This document shows positions 6,988 through 10,072 of a DNA stretch of 10,072 bases, one piece after another; positions within the stretch are counted from its first letter, which is position 1, and every line of letters begins with the position of its first letter. This DNA comes from Candidatus Hodarchaeota archaeon. Lineage in GTDB: Archaea > Asgardarchaeota > Heimdallarchaeia > Hodarchaeales > Hodarchaeaceae. The notes under the pieces were generated by a model. The model did no database searches. It was not told the origin of the DNA and worked only from the letters and a program-made list of their open reading frames with translations. The stretch lies in contig JAEOTM010000197.1 in assembly GCA_016839815.1 (NCBI GenBank), positions 1-10,072 of the forward strand, read 5' to 3'. The translations under genes and the position numbers were made by a program.

Positions 6988-7584
6988 TCACATTGCGGTT
7001 TGTGTGTGAGATTTAGCGGATTTTTGTTTTAAAAACATGTAATAAATCAAATTAACAATCATTAGAGAATAAACAATTCCAACAAATGTAAATTTTACCA
7101 TAGGAACCAAAGGTAGAATGGACAGAATAAGTCTAGGATAGGAGTCAGGAAAAACTATTAAAATCATAGTTAATGTGTTTTCCAGCGCATCAGAACCTCT
7201 AGATAAGAATACAGTGATGAAACCAACATAAGGAAGAATAATTGAACCATATTTCTTTATTTCTCTACCTAATAGTACAAATATTCCGCAATTCCCGAGT
7301 AATCCGGAAATGAGAAAAATATAATCTCCCAAATATTGGAAATATACTACTGGTATAACTTCCTGCCATTCACTAAAAATTCTCTCAACCTCTTCCGAAC
7401 TAGTAGCTTGTTGAAGATCTGAAGTAGAATGCCCAGTTTTAGAAATAATAGCTGAAGCAGGAATAAAAAGAAATAGAATTATAAGGAATAAAACAAAATA
7501 TGCAACAACCACTAGACCTAATATTCGATTCCTTGGCTGTTCAGTCAATTTTAGATAAAAAGTTTTCATATCTGCTAGTTTCAC
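6988..7584 (-). CDS. Hypothetical membrane protein (~4 TM)
   Basis: 198-aa ORF with hydrophobic helices and GDYIF / DALEN motifs. The start could be GTG 7584 or ATG 7569 (GGTGA at 7585-7581). Confidence 0.8.
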   Translation of the reverse strand: MKLADMKTFYLKLTEQPRNRILGLVVVAYFVLFLIILFLFIPASAIISKTGHSTSDLQQATSSEEVERIFSEWQEVIPVVYFQYLGDYIFLISGLLGNCGIFVLLGREIKKYGSIILPYVGFITVFLSRGSDALENTLTMILIVFPDSYPRLILSILPLVPMVKFTFVGIVYSLMIVNLIYYMFLKQKSAKSHTQTAM

Positions 7585-7864
7585 CAGTTTATTAAATAGC
7601 TTCGAATAGTTTCCATAACTTCATTGATGGTGATAAAAGAACACCCAACATTTCTATTGCTTTATTTTATTTTAATAGTTGTGCTTCAGTTTAAAATCGC
7701 ACCTAGAATTTAATCATGAAATACAACTGAATTAAATTTCTTTGCAATCAACCTACTGCAAAATCCATTTCGTGTACTGCTATCACCAGTCATATGCTGC
7801 TATTGACATCAATCCTCTTCTTTATTTCAGGTTTCTACTGTGAATCTCTGTTAGTGGGAGAGAT

Positions 7865-7880
7865 GATCTTTATTAAGATC
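7865..7880 (+). promoter_or_regulatory. TATA box inside an inverted repeat; likely leaderless promoter
   Basis: GATCTT-TATT-AAGATC contains TTTATTAA (7869-7876), which starts 29 nt before ATG 7898. No RBS is apparent. Confidence 0.45.
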
Positions 7881-7897
7881 CTAATCCTTGTTGATTT

Positions 7898-8593
7898 ATG
7901 GAATCCAGCTGGAACCCAAATAGGTTTGACTTACTCTTAGCTGTTCTCATCGTGCTAATCTTTCCAATTCTCGCTAGAATCCTTTATTTCGCAGCAGGAG
8001 CGTTGATTCCGTTGATTGTTTATTATGGTGCAGCATGGGGAATTTCTATTTGGAGACGTGGGAGTTCTGGTTATTCTATGAAAACTAAAGCTTTAATCCC
8101 ACGAGCATTTGTGATCAACATAATAGTGATTGGCCTTGCCTTAATGTTTGCATTTTTAGCTCGGAATAAAGATTTAATACCCAATTCCACGGGAGCTATC
8201 ATCACTGGTTTAATCTGGGCTCCGATAAATGCTTCTTCCGAGCAGTTACTTTGGATTTATTTGTACGATTCTTGGGATTTATATACTCCATCTAAAAAGG
8301 AGTATTCAACAAGAAACTGGGTTTGGATCCAAAGAATTGTAGGATTTATCTTATTTACTGTATTTGTGGGAACAATCCACACTTTTTTTTGGGTAGAATT
8401 TCTAGATCCTGTAATGGCTGGTAACCTCTTTGGGGTGATTTTCGTTCTATTAACGTCTATATCAGGGTATATACATATTCTAGCCTGGCGAGAGTCCAAT
8501 AATATGGTGTATACATTTATTCCTCACTTTTTACTAAATCTAGTACCCTTATTTTGGACGGGGTATTCAATACTTCCATTTTTAATTAAATGA
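7898..8593 (+). CDS. Membrane protein, divergent CPBP/Abi-like with degenerate motif 1
   Basis: Multi-TM protein with WAPINASSEQLLW (in the position of EExxxR), FVGTIH and IPHFLLN (HxxxN), in CPBP order and spacing. Confidence 0.65.
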   Translation: MESSWNPNRFDLLLAVLIVLIFPILARILYFAAGALIPLIVYYGAAWGISIWRRGSSGYSMKTKALIPRAFVINIIVIGLALMFAFLARNKDLIPNSTGAIITGLIWAPINASSEQLLWIYLYDSWDLYTPSKKEYSTRNWVWIQRIVGFILFTVFVGTIHTFFWVEFLDPVMAGNLFGVIFVLLTSISGYIHILAWRESNNMVYTFIPHFLLNLVPLFWTGYSILPFLIK

Positions 8594-8730
8594 CATAAGT
8601 TCCCGACTTGAGACACTAAAATAAAAAAAACTAACTGGTGATTCTATTACAGATAACTTACCGTAGGTAGAACTATAATTTATATCTATAAGATAAAGAA
8701 GAATTCAAGTATTTTTCAGGAGAGATATAT

Positions 8731-9108
8731 ATGGCTAATGATATTTTCCTCTATATAGGAGCTTTTATTCCAATATTTTGGGGTATAGCCCACATATTTC
8801 CAACAAGTTCTGTTGTAAAGGATTTTGGAGATATTTCTGATGATAATAAAAATATTTTAAAGATGGAATGGCTTAATGAAAGCCTTACATTGGTCTTCAT
8901 AGGTATTCTCATTATCTCTGTCACTTTTTTGGGTGATTCTTCGAGTGAAACAGCTCTTATTATATACTGGTTATCAGCTCTCATGCTTCTTGCAATGGCT
9001 GGTTTATCATTAATGACAGGATTTAAAGTTTCTTTTCTCCCCTTCAAGTTATGTCCTTTAATTTTCGGAGTGGCTGCAGTAATTATACTGTTAGGGACCC
9101 TTTTATAG
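8731..9108 (+). CDS. Hypothetical membrane protein (4 TM, 125 aa)
   Basis: AGGAG RBS at 8718-8722 and TTTATAT at 8679-8685. Four hydrophobic helices with WGIAHIFPT and MEW motifs. Confidence 0.85.
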   Translation: MANDIFLYIGAFIPIFWGIAHIFPTSSVVKDFGDISDDNKNILKMEWLNESLTLVFIGILIISVTFLGDSSSETALIIYWLSALMLLAMAGLSLMTGFKVSFLPFKLCPLIFGVAAVIILLGTLL

Positions 9109-9281
9109 GAAATCAGTTTAGATAGCAGAAGTTTGAACAAATCCCCCTGACGTGGGTTCCCTTAAGAGTAGATGTGAAGGCCTTCTAGGAATAAAATGGA
9201 ATAAGATTCCTAAAGCAAGTTTCGTCATTAAAAATTGGTTTGGATTAAAGATACTGTGGTGTATGCAAGTATCCCATCAGC

Positions 9282-9596
9282 TCAATCATTTTTAATTCCC
9301 TTTAGAAAGCGTTGAAAATTAACCATGGTAATTTCATATTTATGAATCCCTTTGGAAGTTACATTAACTAATACACGTGGACCTTTCCTTGTAATTACAT
9401 CTCGTTGAACGATGTATTCTTCTCTCTCCAATCGTTCGAGATGGGTCGTGATAGACCCCCAAGTGATGTTGCACTTTTTTCTCAACTGGCCCTGAGTCAT
9501 AGGCCCTATTGCAATTAATAGACTCATAATCATTAAACGCTTGGGATGAAAGATTAATGGATCCGTCTTTTTTATCCCATTAATCAACTCACTCAC
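9282..9596 (-). CDS. Small winged-helix transcriptional regulator (ArsR/MarR-like, HTH_34 type)
   Basis: Pattern IFHPKRLMIMSLL...LRKKCNITWGSITTHLERLEREEYI...R...VTSKG. The GTG start overlaps the upstream stop (GTGA). Confidence 0.85.
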   Translation of the reverse strand: MSELINGIKKTDPLIFHPKRLMIMSLLIAIGPMTQGQLRKKCNITWGSITTHLERLEREEYIVQRDVITRKGPRVLVNVTSKGIHKYEITMVNFQRFLKGIKND

Positions 9597-10006
9597 GTTT
9601 TGACTACCTTCTTCTCTGCTAAGTATATAGAGTACGATGTACTTAAAGAAGCCAATACTAATGCTACCGCAGGGGTAAGTACATTGTCCTCTGGTATACT
9701 AGGAAGTACAACAAATAGAAACGGGGTTGCTACAAGAAGAACTATAGAAAATAGTAAAATTGGTTGAGTAAGTAACTCCTGTTTTTTATAATGATACCTC
9801 TCTGTTGTCACTCCTATGATTAGATTTGCTAAACCTAAAAGTGGAAACCAGAGAATTTGAGGTGAAATGATTGTTCCCATGACCGTGTTAACAAGATAGC
9901 CCAAGAAAAAGACTAGAATATAGGATATTCCCCAAATTGGACCCTCATATTTCATGGGTTTAACACGTTTTAAAATATGACGAAAAACATACTGATGCAT
10001 TCCCAC
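9593..10006 (-). CDS. Hypothetical membrane protein upstream of the wHTH regulator; 5' end uncertain (possible frameshift near 10020)
   Basis: 137-aa ORF with ~4 TM and a 4-nt overlap with the regulator. An in-frame TAA lies at 10024-10022 and there is no obvious RBS before GTG 10006. Confidence 0.7.
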   Translation of the reverse strand: MGMHQYVFRHILKRVKPMKYEGPIWGISYILVFFLGYLVNTVMGTIISPQILWFPLLGLANLIIGVTTERYHYKKQELLTQPILLFSIVLLVATPFLFVVLPSIPEDNVLTPAVALVLASLSTSYSIYLAEKKVVKT

Positions 10007-10072
10007 AGCTAGTAAGGTTAATTAATATGATCAACAACAACCGTTTCATCGTAAATTTTTGTTAAATTTTCA

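Noticed and set aside
2079-9140. Antisense or alternate-frame ORFs 2079..2309, 2543..2848, 3755..3940, 5048..5230, 5717..5911, 6306..6566, 6439..6627, 8257..8499 and 8751..9140
   Set aside because: They are shadows of well-supported genes, with no motifs or RBS of their own.
9176-9273. Short palindromes/hairpins between convergent genes (GAAGGCCTTC 9176-9185; TAGGAAT...ATTCCTA 9186-9212; GATACT...AGTATC 9250-9273)
   Set aside because: The stems are only 5-7 bp with no tRNA, sRNA or terminator signature that I can support.
9960-10049. 29-aa ORF MKRLLLIILINLTSCG... resembling a lipoprotein signal peptide
   Set aside because: It terminates almost immediately and overlaps the membrane gene. It is more likely a frameshifted N-terminus or chance.

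Overview
AT-rich prokaryotic window that looks archaeal: TTTATA/TTTATTA boxes lie about 25-30 nt upstream of likely transcription starts, and RBS motifs are GGTGA/GGAG. The gene content is reminiscent of Asgard/Heimdallarchaeia-type genomes, but that is inference only. The core is a complete minus-strand nickel/cobalt ECF transporter operon (CbiM/NikM, PDGLE/NikN, CbiQ/NikQ, CbiO/NikO) ending in nikR. It has a 12-bp direct-repeat operator candidate and a divergent 4-OT-like tautomerase that lacks the usual catalytic arginines. The flanks carry an SDR oxidoreductase, two winged-helix regulators, several small membrane proteins and three CPBP/Abi (CAAX protease-like) genes: one canonical, one with a degenerate EQ motif, and one missed by the ORF track at the left edge. 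The most striking anomaly is at about 174-180. There an SDR gene with no canonical start codon is joined head-to-head to an apparently 5'-truncated CPBP gene on the opposite strand, suggesting an inversion breakpoint or an assembly chimera. A wHTH / repeat-rich promoter / 59-aa small ORF / CPBP unit is a candidate peptide-processing module. Several intergenic gaps look like decayed gene remnants.
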